Shown one piece after another: positions 30,764 through 39,666 of a DNA stretch of 64,000 nucleotides. The stretch spans positions 256,001 through 320,000 of the forward strand of contig JBOEGF010000007.1 of the NCBI GenBank assembly GCA_050633305.1, written 5' to 3'. The notes below the pieces were generated by a model. The model was given only the letters and a program-made list of their open reading frames with translations. It was not told where the DNA came from and ran no database searches. The stretch's first letter is position 1. Each line of letters opens with the position of its first letter. Both the position numbers and the translations under genes were made by a program. Source of the stretch: Nannocystales bacterium (GTDB taxonomy: Bacteria > Myxococcota_A > Polyangia > Nannocystales > Nannocystaceae).

Positions 30764-33700
30764 GTGAACCGCGCTCGTTCGCTCAAGACACTTTTCCTGA
30801 CTCTGCCGTTGTCGGTCTGCGCCCCTGTCGCTGGTCTCGCCGCGACCGGTGCCATCTTGCTCGCTCCCCAGTCCGCCCAAGCCGCTGAAAACGGCTCGAT
30901 CAGCGGAGTGGTGACCAACGACAAGACCGGCGAGCGGATGGCCAACGCCATCGTGGTCCTTCAGTGCAACTGCCTCCAGGGCACGCGCGAGGCTACGACC
31001 AACTCCAACGGGCTGTACGCGTTCAAGTCGCTGCCTCCAGGTACCTACACGATCCAGGTGCTCGCAGGCCAAGCCGACGTCTCGAAGGTCACGACCCTTC
31101 CGCGTGGCGCGAAGTTTCGCGCGAACTTCAAGATCGACCCGAACAACGAGTTCAAGCGAACCATTCGGGTCAAGCCCGTCGCGGTCAAGCAGGACACGTC
31201 GGTCGGGCAGTCCATCTCGATGGACGAGTTCCGCAACATCCCGGTTGGTGAGAGCGCGGGGCGAGACTTCACGCAGGTCGTCGAGGCTTCGGCGACTGCA
31301 TCTCGGGACTCCGCTGGAATCTCGCTCGCGGGTACGACTTCGGCCGAGTCCAAGTACACGGTCGAAGGCGCGAACGTGAACAACCCGAGCTTCGGTACGG
31401 TCGGTGCTTCGATCGTTCAGGAGTTCATCGAAGAGGTCGACGTTCAGGAGTCGGGCTACGCGGCCGAGTTCGGTGGTGCAGCCGGTGGGCAGGTCTCCGC
31501 CCGTCGAATCTCGGGCACCAACAAAGTTCGTGGTGTTGCGCGCTTCACCTACACGCCTCGTCTGGCGCAGCCGCGGTTCATCCTCGCCACGGACAACGCC
31601 GTCCGGGCGGTTGAGGTTCCCGATTACCTCCTGCAGGGTGTCGTCGCTGCCAGTGGTCCGATCATCAAGGACAAGTTGTTCTGGTCGGCAGCCATCTCGG
31701 CCACGGGCGGTCGCGCTTCGCTGATTCAGTCCTTCTATTCGCGCGTGGACAAGGACGGTTCCGGCGGCTACGAGGATTGCCCCTACACCAACGGCGACTT
31801 CGACTGCGTCGACGGTGGCGACTACATCCAGACCGAGAAGTTCGCTGAGCAGCGGTTCCGGACTGGAAGCGTCGGCATCGGATACCAGATCGGTATCGAC
31901 TGGGCGATCAACCCCAAGCACCGTATCCGGGCCACGGTCCGTGGCGGTCCGGGCTTCCAGCGTCGCTCCTATCGCCGGCCTGCGCTCAACCTCGACCCGT
32001 CCTCCTTCGGTACCGCGCAGAACGCTGACCCGCTGGGCGGAGGCGCGAACACAGCCAACGGTGTCGTCAACGACCACTTCGGTTGGGACCGCGGCAACAC
32101 CACCACCGTCAGCCTCGGCTACCTCGGCCGGGTCGCGGACGACAAGCTTGAGATCGATGCCGGTTTGGCGTTCTCGCAGTTCGTCGGCGAGGAAGCGTGG
32201 CGGCTCGACAACCCTGACTTCTACGACCTGCCCGCGACGCAGCAGCAGGACAACCAGGGCGCCAACCTCTTCACCTTCCTCGACCAGGACAACGCACGCT
32301 CCTTGGTCGCCGGAGTCGAGGAAGCCTGTAACCGCACCGACCTCCCCGGGCTCGCCTGTCCGACGCGTCGCTGGCTTTCGGGCGGTATCGGCAACTACTC
32401 GTCCGACAAGTCTCGGCGGGTCGAGGGTCGCTTCGCGCTCACCCACTTCATCAGCACCAGGCGGGCTGGGTCTCACCAGATCAAGTACGGCGCCCAGGCT
32501 GAGTTCCTTCAGCGCGAGACGCTGAGCCGATACTCGGGTCGCAACGACTCCGACTTCTTCGACAACTGCGCGGCGGGCCAAACCGGAGGGGGCGAGTACT
32601 GCTACGACCCCGAGGACGGCTACATCATCAACAACAGCTCGCGGGTCGACAACCACCGCTTCATCATCGTCGGCACGGACAACCCCGACAGCCGCCGTTC
32701 GGTGGGTTTCGGACGTGTCCGCAAGGAAGAGGGCGAGCTCCGAGCCATCGCGACCCCGCTTGGCGCGGGTATCCGCTCGGCGGCCTACAACGAGGTCACC
32801 ACAACCACGAACTACGGGATGTTCCTGCAGGACAAGTGGGCGGTGCTCTCGAACCTGTTCATCAGCGCTGGTGTGCGTTGGGAGCTGCAGGACATGCGCG
32901 ACATCAACGGTGACCGCGCGCTGTTCATCAACGACAACGTTGGTCCTCGTGTCGGCGTGGTCTACGACTGGACGGACGAGGGCAAGAGCCGTCTGTTCGC
33001 CAGTTACGGATGGTTCTACCAGCCGCTTCCGCTGCAGCTGAACAGCCGCGTCTTCGGTGGTCTCGTCAACGTCACGCGGAGCTACCGCAACGCAGACTGC
33101 CTCGAGGGCTCCAGCGTCAACATCGACGGCGAATCCCGGCTGAAGCTCCAAAGTGGCCAGCCCACGGAATACTGCGTCGACTTCAACGCGGGAACCACGC
33201 AGCTCACCGAAGGTGCTGTCGTTCCGAAGCTGCGTGGTCAGTACAACCAGCAGTTCCAGATGGGCTACGAGCAGGAGATCATCGAGGACCTCACGCTCGG
33301 TGTTCGCTGGCAGCACACCGACTTGGGCCGCGCCGTCGAGGACGTCTCCACCAACGGCGGTCTCAACTTCATCATCGCCAACCCCGGCGAGTCGGTCTCC
33401 ACCTCCGACATCAACGCCGAGCAGGCTCGCTGCGACAACCTTTCCGGCCAGCTCGATAGCCTCGAGATGGACGCGCCGGAGCGCTCGCAGATCGCTCGGG
33501 AGCATCAGCGTTGCGAGTTCTTGGTCGACGCCTACGGCAAGGTCGGCAGCACGTTCGACAAGCCGGTCCGAAACTTCGACGCGTTCACGTTCGAGTTGAA
33601 GAAGCGCTTCGCTCGCAACTGGTTGGTCATCGGCAGCTACACGTTCAGCCGCTTGGTCGGTAACTACGACGGCTTCGTCGACCCGATCTCGGGTGCGATC

Positions 33701-34276
33701 AACCTCGGTGCTTCGACGCAGTTCGACATCCCCGAGCTGGTCCGAAACAGCTTCGGCCCGCTGTCGTTCAACACGCCACACCGTTTCAAGGTCAACGGGT
33801 TCTACTCCTTCGACCTCCAGGAAGCTGGCCGCCTCACCCTGGGCACCTCCGCCAACTTCCGGTCGGGTTACCCGATCTCGCTTCGCGCAGACAACAACCG
33901 GTACCCGCAGCAGTTCGCCGTCTACGTACTCCCTCGCGGCGCCGGTGGCCGCGTCGAGCCGACGTACAGCGTGAACCTGAGCGTCAACTACGCCTACCCG
34001 CTGCCCGGCGACCTCGAGATCGAGGTTGGCGCCCGGCTGTTCAACGTGACCAACGCAAAAGCGGTGCTTCGCGTTGACGAGGTCTACTCGTACTCGACCA
34101 CACGACCGGTGGCGGGTGGCGAACTCTCGGACCTGAAGCACACCAAGATTCAGAACGCGAGCAACCCCACCGAGTTCTTCCAGCGGACGATCCTTCCTCC
34201 GCAGGGCAACTTCGGCACGGAGTCGAGCTTCCAGACTCCTCTGGCCGCTCAGTTCGACTTGCAGCTTCGCTTCTAG
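30764..34276 (+). CDS. Oar-like TonB-dependent outer membrane receptor (copy 1)
   Basis: GTG 30764 follows RBS AAGGAG. Signal peptide, carboxypeptidase-regulatory-like N-domain (LPPGTYTI), plug (GRDF..,EFIEEV.V.ESGY.AEFG), QDKW, PRVG..YD, C-terminal Phe. Confidence 0.88.
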   Translation: MNRARSLKTLFLTLPLSVCAPVAGLAATGAILLAPQSAQAAENGSISGVVTNDKTGERMANAIVVLQCNCLQGTREATTNSNGLYAFKSLPPGTYTIQVLAGQADVSKVTTLPRGAKFRANFKIDPNNEFKRTIRVKPVAVKQDTSVGQSISMDEFRNIPVGESAGRDFTQVVEASATASRDSAGISLAGTTSAESKYTVEGANVNNPSFGTVGASIVQEFIEEVDVQESGYAAEFGGAAGGQVSARRISGTNKVRGVARFTYTPRLAQPRFILATDNAVRAVEVPDYLLQGVVAASGPIIKDKLFWSAAISATGGRASLIQSFYSRVDKDGSGGYEDCPYTNGDFDCVDGGDYIQTEKFAEQRFRTGSVGIGYQIGIDWAINPKHRIRATVRGGPGFQRRSYRRPALNLDPSSFGTAQNADPLGGGANTANGVVNDHFGWDRGNTTTVSLGYLGRVADDKLEIDAGLAFSQFVGEEAWRLDNPDFYDLPATQQQDNQGANLFTFLDQDNARSLVAGVEEACNRTDLPGLACPTRRWLSGGIGNYSSDKSRRVEGRFALTHFISTRRAGSHQIKYGAQAEFLQRETLSRYSGRNDSDFFDNCAAGQTGGGEYCYDPEDGYIINNSSRVDNHRFIIVGTDNPDSRRSVGFGRVRKEEGELRAIATPLGAGIRSAAYNEVTTTTNYGMFLQDKWAVLSNLFISAGVRWELQDMRDINGDRALFINDNVGPRVGVVYDWTDEGKSRLFASYGWFYQPLPLQLNSRVFGGLVNVTRSYRNADCLEGSSVNIDGESRLKLQSGQPTEYCVDFNAGTTQLTEGAVVPKLRGQYNQQFQMGYEQEIIEDLTLGVRWQHTDLGRAVEDVSTNGGLNFIIANPGESVSTSDINAEQARCDNLSGQLDSLEMDAPERSQIAREHQRCEFLVDAYGKVGSTFDKPVRNFDAFTFELKKRFARNWLVIGSYTFSRLVGNYDGFVDPISGAINLGASTQFDIPELVRNSFGPLSFNTPHRFKVNGFYSFDLQEAGRLTLGTSANFRSGYPISLRADNNRYPQQFAVYVLPRGAGGRVEPTYSVNLSVNYAYPLPGDLEIEVGARLFNVTNAKAVLRVDEVYSYSTTRPVAGGELSDLKHTKIQNASNPTEFFQRTILPPQGNFGTESSFQTPLAAQFDLQLRF

Positions 34277-34305
34277 TCGACCGGGATCCTCGCGGATCCC
34301 ATCAC

Positions 34306-34332
34306 AAAGCGCCCGCCTCGAGCGGGCGTTTT
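34306..34332. terminator. Intrinsic terminator between the two Oar-like genes
   Basis: AAAGCGCCCGC-CTCGA-GCGGGCGTTTT, preceded by a GGGATCC-TCGC-GGATCCC hairpin (34283-34300). Confidence 0.8.
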
Positions 34333-34509
34333 GCTTGGTTCTCCACGAGCCTGAGGGCGCGCGACGGGTGTCCTTTACGGTCATCTGCCTCCCCGCGGGC
34401 TGTCGGTCGAGGCCGGCTCGGGGGCGGGGGCCAGGGACGGACTCGCGTAAGGGGCGATTTGCGCCGGCGTTGGGCTCTCAAGGTGCCCTCATTCTTTCGC
34501 CGTCGGTCC

Positions 34510-37500
34510 GTGTGTTTGCCCTCTGTCGGGCGCAGCCGTAGTGTCTCTCGTCGTCGCTCGCTGGAGGCAGTGATGCTGACGGTCCCGCTGTCGGTTGTTG
34601 CAACCCTCGCCACCGGAGCGCTCCTGCTTGCGCCGCGTTCGGTAGAGGCCGCGGACACGGGGTCGGTGACCGGGGTGGTCTCGCAGGAGAGTGACGGCAC
34701 GGCGATCCCGAACGCGCTCGTCATCTTGCAGTGCAACTGTCTGCAGGGGCCCAGGGAGACGACGACCAACACGAACGGCCTGTACGCGTTCAAGTCGTTG
34801 CCTCCCGGCACGTACACGATTCAAGTGTTGGCGGGGCAAGCCAACGTGTCCAAGGTGACCGCGCTTCCGCGAGGCGCGAAGTTTCGCGCGAACTTCAAGA
34901 TCGACCCCAACGACGACCTCATTCGGACCGTCACCATCAAGCCGGTGATCAAACCTGCGTCGAGCACGGTGACCACGAGCCTGTCGGTGGAAGACTTCAG
35001 GAACATCCCGGTCGGGGATGGTGCAGGTGGTCGCGACTTCACCGAGGTTGTGGGTGCGTCGGCAAACGTGACGAAGGAAGCGGGCGGACTGTCGATCGCG
35101 GGCGCCACCCCGGCGGAGTCCAAGTACATGGTCGAAGGGGCGAACGTCACCGACCCGAGCTTCGGTACCGTGGGCGCCTCGATCGTCCAAGAGTTCATCG
35201 AGTCGGTGGAGGTCCAGGAATCGGGGTACGAGGCCGAGTACGGCGGCGCAGCCGGTGGTCAGGTCGAGGCTCGCCGGGTTTCGGGCACCAACAAGGTCCG
35301 GGGCGTTGCGCGGTTTACCTACACGCCACGGTTGGCGCAGCCTCGTTTCATCCTTGCGACCGACAACGCCGTGCGGGCGGTGGAGGTCCCCGACTATCTG
35401 TTGCAGGGCGTCGTCGTCGCCAGTGGTCCCATCATCGAGGACCAGCTGTTCTGGTCGGCGGCCGTATCAGGGACCGGGGGACGAGCCTCGCTGATTCAGT
35501 CGTTCTACTCGCGTGTCGACAAGGACAACTCGGGCGGATTCGAAGACTGCCCCTACAAGAACGGGGACTTCGACTGTGTCGAGGGTGGGGACTACATTGC
35601 GACGAAGAAGTTCGCCGAGCAGAGGTTCAAGACCGGGAATGTGAGCGTGGGCTACCAGCTTGGCATCGACTGGGCCGTGAACCCCAAGCACCGCCTGCGA
35701 CTGACGGTCCTGGGTGGCCCGAGCTTCCAGCGCCGGTCGTATCGGCGTCCTGCACTCAACCTCGACCCTTCGTCTTTTGGGACCGCGCAGAGCTCCGACC
35801 CACTGGGCGGAGGGGCGAACACCGCGAACGGTGTCGTCAACAAGCACTTCGGCTGGGACCGAGGGAACTTCACGACTGTCAGCCTGGGCTATCTCGGACG
35901 TGTTGCAGACGACAAGCTCGAGATCGATGCGGGGTTCAGTTTTTCGCAGTTCGCCAACGAGGACGCTTGGCGACTGGACTATCCCGAGTACTACGACCAG
36001 CCCGCGACCCAGGAGCAAGACAACCAGGGGGCGAGCCTGTTTCAGTTCGTCCAGAACGACCGCTCGCTCGTTCCCGGAGTGGAGGACGTTTGCAACAAGC
36101 GCGAGCTTCCAGGCATGGCGTGTCCGACCCGCCGCTGGCTCTCAGGCGGAATCGGGAACTACTCGTCCGACAAGGCTCGGCGGGTCGAGGCTCGCCTGGG
36201 CCTGACGCACTTCATCAGCACGCGTCGGGCGGGCTCGCACCAGGTGAAGTACGGAGCGCAGATCGAGTACCTCGAGCGCGAGACGCTGAGCCGGTACTCA
36301 GGAAGCAACGACAGCGATTTTTTCGACAACTGTGCGCCCGGGCAGCGCGGTGGAGGAGAGTACTGCTACGACTCCGAGCAGGGATACGTCATCAACAACC
36401 TCAGCCGCGTCGACAACCACCGCTTCATCCAGGTGAACACCGACAACCCCGACAACCGGATCTCCTTCGGCTTCGGCCGGGTCCGAAAAGAGGAGGGGCA
36501 GCTTCGAGCCATTGCGACGCCACTGGGGGCGGGTATTCGTGCGGCGGCGTATGGCGCGACCACATCCACCACGAACTCTGGGGTCTTCCTCCAAGACAAG
36601 TGGGCGGTACTTTCGAACCTCTTCATCACCGCGGGCGTTCGCTGGGAGACCCAGGACATGCGGGACATCAACGGAGATCGCGCCGTGTTCATCAACGACA
36701 ACGTCGCGCCGCGGGTGGGGGTGGTCTACGACTGGACGGACGAGGGCAAGAGCCGGCTGTACGCCAGCTACGGGTGGTTTTATCAGCCCCTTCCGCTACA
36801 GCTGAACAGCCGGGTCTTCGGTGGGCTCGTCAACGTGACTCGCTCCTATCGCAATGCGGACTGTCTCGAAGGGGCGCCCGCCACGACGACAAGAGCGAAT
36901 GGCGAGCCCGCACTCAAGCTGCGGAACGGGCAGCCGACGGAGTTCTGTGCCGATTTCAACGTCGGAACCACCCAGCTCACCGAAGGTGCCGTCGTACCGA
37001 AGCTGCGTGGTCAGTACAACCAGCAGTTTCAGATGGGATACGAGCAAGAGGTCATCGAAGATCTCACGCTCGGTGTTCGCTGGCAGCACACCGACCTGGG
37101 ACGAGCGGTGGAGGACATTTCAACCAACGGTGGCCTCAACTTCATCATCGCCAACCCGGGCGAAGCGGTCGCGCAATCCGACATCAACGCCGAACAGGCG
37201 CGATGCGACAACCTCGACGCTCAGGTGCAGGCCCTGGAGGTGGATGACCCCGAGCGCGCACAGGTCTCCCGAGAACTGCAGCGATGCGGGTTCCTGGTCG
37301 ACGCCTACGGCAAGGTCGGAAGTGACTTCGACAAGCCGGTTCGGAACTACGACGCCTTCACATTCGAGGTGAAGAAACGGTTCTCTCGCAACTGGATGGT
37401 CATCGGGAGCTACAGCTTCAGCCGTTTGGTGGGGAACTACGACGGCTTCGTCGATCCGATCTCCGGAGCGATCAACATCGGGGCCTCGACACAGTTCGAC

Positions 37501-38049
37501 ATCCCTGAGCTCGTGCGAAACAGCTTTGGGCCGTTGTCGAACAACTCGCCGCACCGCTTCAAGGTCAACGGGTACTACTCCTTCGACCTTCAGGACGCAG
37601 GGAGGCTCACTCTGGGGACGTCCACCAACTTCCGTTCGGGCTACCCGATCTCGTTGCGGGCGGACAACAACCGCTACCCTGGCCAGTACGCGGTCTACGT
37701 GCTCCCTCGCGGTGCGGGCGGCCGTGTTCAGCCGACGTACAGCGTGAACACGAGCATCAACTACGCGTACCCGATCTCGAAGAGCCTCGAGATCGAGGTG
37801 GGGGCGCGGCTGTTCAACGTGACCAACGCGAAGTCAGTCTTGCGGGTCGACGAGGTCTACTCGTTCTCGAACACCCGCCCGGTGGCGGGTGGTGAGCTCT
37901 CCGACCTCAAACACACCAAGGTCCAGAACGCGAGCAACCCCACGGAGTTCTTCCAACGTACAGTCCTCCCACCGCAGGGGAACTTCGGGGTGGAGGCGAG
38001 CTTCCAGACGCCCTTGGCCGCGCAGTTCGATCTCCAGCTTCGCTTCTAG
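34510..38049 (+). CDS. Oar-like TonB-dependent outer membrane receptor (copy 2, tandem paralog)
   Basis: Collinear with copy 1 over the full length. Start is uncertain (GTG 34510, or GTG/ATG 34570/34573). Confidence 0.88.
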   Translation: MCLPSVGRSRSVSRRRSLEAVMLTVPLSVVATLATGALLLAPRSVEAADTGSVTGVVSQESDGTAIPNALVILQCNCLQGPRETTTNTNGLYAFKSLPPGTYTIQVLAGQANVSKVTALPRGAKFRANFKIDPNDDLIRTVTIKPVIKPASSTVTTSLSVEDFRNIPVGDGAGGRDFTEVVGASANVTKEAGGLSIAGATPAESKYMVEGANVTDPSFGTVGASIVQEFIESVEVQESGYEAEYGGAAGGQVEARRVSGTNKVRGVARFTYTPRLAQPRFILATDNAVRAVEVPDYLLQGVVVASGPIIEDQLFWSAAVSGTGGRASLIQSFYSRVDKDNSGGFEDCPYKNGDFDCVEGGDYIATKKFAEQRFKTGNVSVGYQLGIDWAVNPKHRLRLTVLGGPSFQRRSYRRPALNLDPSSFGTAQSSDPLGGGANTANGVVNKHFGWDRGNFTTVSLGYLGRVADDKLEIDAGFSFSQFANEDAWRLDYPEYYDQPATQEQDNQGASLFQFVQNDRSLVPGVEDVCNKRELPGMACPTRRWLSGGIGNYSSDKARRVEARLGLTHFISTRRAGSHQVKYGAQIEYLERETLSRYSGSNDSDFFDNCAPGQRGGGEYCYDSEQGYVINNLSRVDNHRFIQVNTDNPDNRISFGFGRVRKEEGQLRAIATPLGAGIRAAAYGATTSTTNSGVFLQDKWAVLSNLFITAGVRWETQDMRDINGDRAVFINDNVAPRVGVVYDWTDEGKSRLYASYGWFYQPLPLQLNSRVFGGLVNVTRSYRNADCLEGAPATTTRANGEPALKLRNGQPTEFCADFNVGTTQLTEGAVVPKLRGQYNQQFQMGYEQEVIEDLTLGVRWQHTDLGRAVEDISTNGGLNFIIANPGEAVAQSDINAEQARCDNLDAQVQALEVDDPERAQVSRELQRCGFLVDAYGKVGSDFDKPVRNYDAFTFEVKKRFSRNWMVIGSYSFSRLVGNYDGFVDPISGAINIGASTQFDIPELVRNSFGPLSNNSPHRFKVNGYYSFDLQDAGRLTLGTSTNFRSGYPISLRADNNRYPGQYAVYVLPRGAGGRVQPTYSVNTSINYAYPISKSLEIEVGARLFNVTNAKSVLRVDEVYSFSNTRPVAGGELSDLKHTKVQNASNPTEFFQRTVLPPQGNFGVEASFQTPLAAQFDLQLRF

Positions 38050-38115
38050 GCCAGGGGGCGGCTCATGACGATCAGGCCCAGGCCCGCGAGGCGCCGTTTC
38101 GGGGTTGTCCGATGC

Positions 38116-39573
38116 CTAGTCCTCTCCGAGGAACTTCTTGGCCTTCGCGTTCTCGGGGTCGAGGGTCAAGACCTTGCGGTAGTGGGTCTCGGCCGTGCTC
38201 TTGTTGCCCTGCGCGGACTCGAGGCGCGCAGCGAGCAGCAGCGCGGTCTTGTTGTTGGGGGACTTGCGGAGGACCCGGTCGACCAGAGCCAGCGCCGAGG
38301 CGGCGCGTCCCAGCTTGTCTTGGGCCTGAGCCATGCACAGCGTTACGCGAGCGCCCCCAGGCTTGATGTCGTGGGCCTTTTTGAGGACGTTGAAGCCCGC
38401 GCCGGGGTCACCCGATCGGACGAGCTTGCAGCCCTCTGCGAGGAGCGCGTCAAAGCCGGCTTTGGGCTTGGCCTTGCCGGGCTTGGGCTTGGCCTTGCTG
38501 GGCTTGGTCTTGTTGGGCTTGGGCTTGTTGGGCTTGGGCTCGGCCGCGGTGTCGGGCTTCGGGGGCGCCTTCTTCGGGCTGGCTGGGGGAGCGGGCTTCG
38601 TGGCGGGCTCGAGGGTTGGCTCCCGCGTTGGCTCGGGGGTCGGCTCTGGCTTGGCCGGGCTCTCGCCGGCGCCCGCTGTTGACTCGGCGGATGGGTTCGC
38701 GGGGCCGTCCGCTGGAGGCGGGCTCGCCACGTCGGGCCCACCGACCGCCGCGCCCCGCAGGCTAGGAGGTGCGGCCTGGATGACCAAGGCCAGGGGCTGA
38801 CCCGGCGTTTGCGAGAGAACGGCTTGCGCCTGGGACTCGGCACCCGGGGGGTCTCCACCTTGCTCGAGGGCCATCGCGAGCAACAGCCGGCTGAGTGCGG
38901 TCGGTGGAGTCTCACGCTCGAGTTCTGCGGTGAGACCGGTCAGTTCTCCCTCGGCGAGTTCGGCATCGCTGAACAACGGCCGACTCAGCGCCGCGAGCCG
39001 GAGCTCACGATCCGGGTAGTCGGGCAAGAGGACGACCGGGTGGATCAGGGTGATATCGCGACCTTCAGCCAGGTCGAGCCGGGCTTCGATGCGCCCGACG
39101 GATGCGGGCGAGACTCCTTCGCTCGTCAGCGTGTCGGTCAGTGTGCGTCCATTGATCAGCGCCGCCGCGAGCTCGGCTTTGGCGGCTGCGGGTTCGTTGG
39201 AGCGGTATGCTCGAATGGAGGCTTCCAGCGCCCGGACGGACAGCGCGGTGGCTCGGGCCAGGCGAAGGTCGTTTCCAAGGTCGGCCTGTGTCGTGCGGGC
39301 AGCGGCGGTCTGGAGTTCACGGTCCAGGGACGCCAGCTTCGCGACGTCCAGGGCGTCGGCCGCGGAGCCTACCTGCGCGACGAGCTGTTCAGGAGCCGTG
39401 GGCGCCTGGGTCTGCTCCGCCGCCGCGGCCGGTGCCCGGTCGCGTGCCACCATGCGTTGCTGGGCTTGGTACGAGCCGTACGCAACGATCGCAGCGATGC
39501 CGAGACCGCCGGCGATCCAAACCGCAAATCGACCCGTTTGAGGATCGGGAGCTCCTTCGGTATTCGTCGTCAT
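38116..39573 (-). CDS. Membrane-anchored protein with helical domain, EP/KP-rich linker and C-terminal TPRs
   Basis: N-terminal TM (FAVWIAGGLGIAAIVAYG), Pro-rich linker, TPR tail (AETHYRKVLTLDPENAKA). Start taken as ATG 39573. Confidence 0.78.
   Translation of the reverse strand: MTTNTEGAPDPQTGRFAVWIAGGLGIAAIVAYGSYQAQQRMVARDRAPAAAAEQTQAPTAPEQLVAQVGSAADALDVAKLASLDRELQTAAARTTQADLGNDLRLARATALSVRALEASIRAYRSNEPAAAKAELAAALINGRTLTDTLTSEGVSPASVGRIEARLDLAEGRDITLIHPVVLLPDYPDRELRLAALSRPLFSDAELAEGELTGLTAELERETPPTALSRLLLAMALEQGGDPPGAESQAQAVLSQTPGQPLALVIQAAPPSLRGAAVGGPDVASPPPADGPANPSAESTAGAGESPAKPEPTPEPTREPTLEPATKPAPPASPKKAPPKPDTAAEPKPNKPKPNKTKPSKAKPKPGKAKPKAGFDALLAEGCKLVRSGDPGAGFNVLKKAHDIKPGGARVTLCMAQAQDKLGRAASALALVDRVLRKSPNNKTALLLAARLESAQGNKSTAETHYRKVLTLDPENAKAKKFLGED
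38461..38540 (-). repeat. Coding tandem repeat, about 15-bp unit (KPNKP/KPSKA)
   Basis: Repeated GGGCTTG(G/T) units on the + strand encode PKPNKPKPNKTKPSKAKPKPGKAKPK. Confidence 0.75.
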
Positions 39574-39666
39574 TAGGCCGAGCGCGCGTCCCGCAGGAGT
39601 TTTGCAGGTCGCGGTAGCGCGCGCAACTACAGTACGCACGCCGAGCTCTCAGGGATCTGCGTCCGC

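Noticed and set aside
30530..34384. 1284-aa antisense ORF over Oar copy 1
   Set aside because: Same shadow effect. The equivalent frame is broken in paralog copy 2, so it is not conserved.
30764..38049. Tandem Oar genes as an assembly duplication artefact
   Set aside because: The copies differ throughout by synonymous substitutions and small indels; identical runs are only a few tens of bp.
38461..38660. Short tandem repeats as a CRISPR array or regulatory repeat (also 8912-8980, 22571-22591)
   Set aside because: They are in-frame low-complexity coding repeats with no unique spacers and no cas genes.
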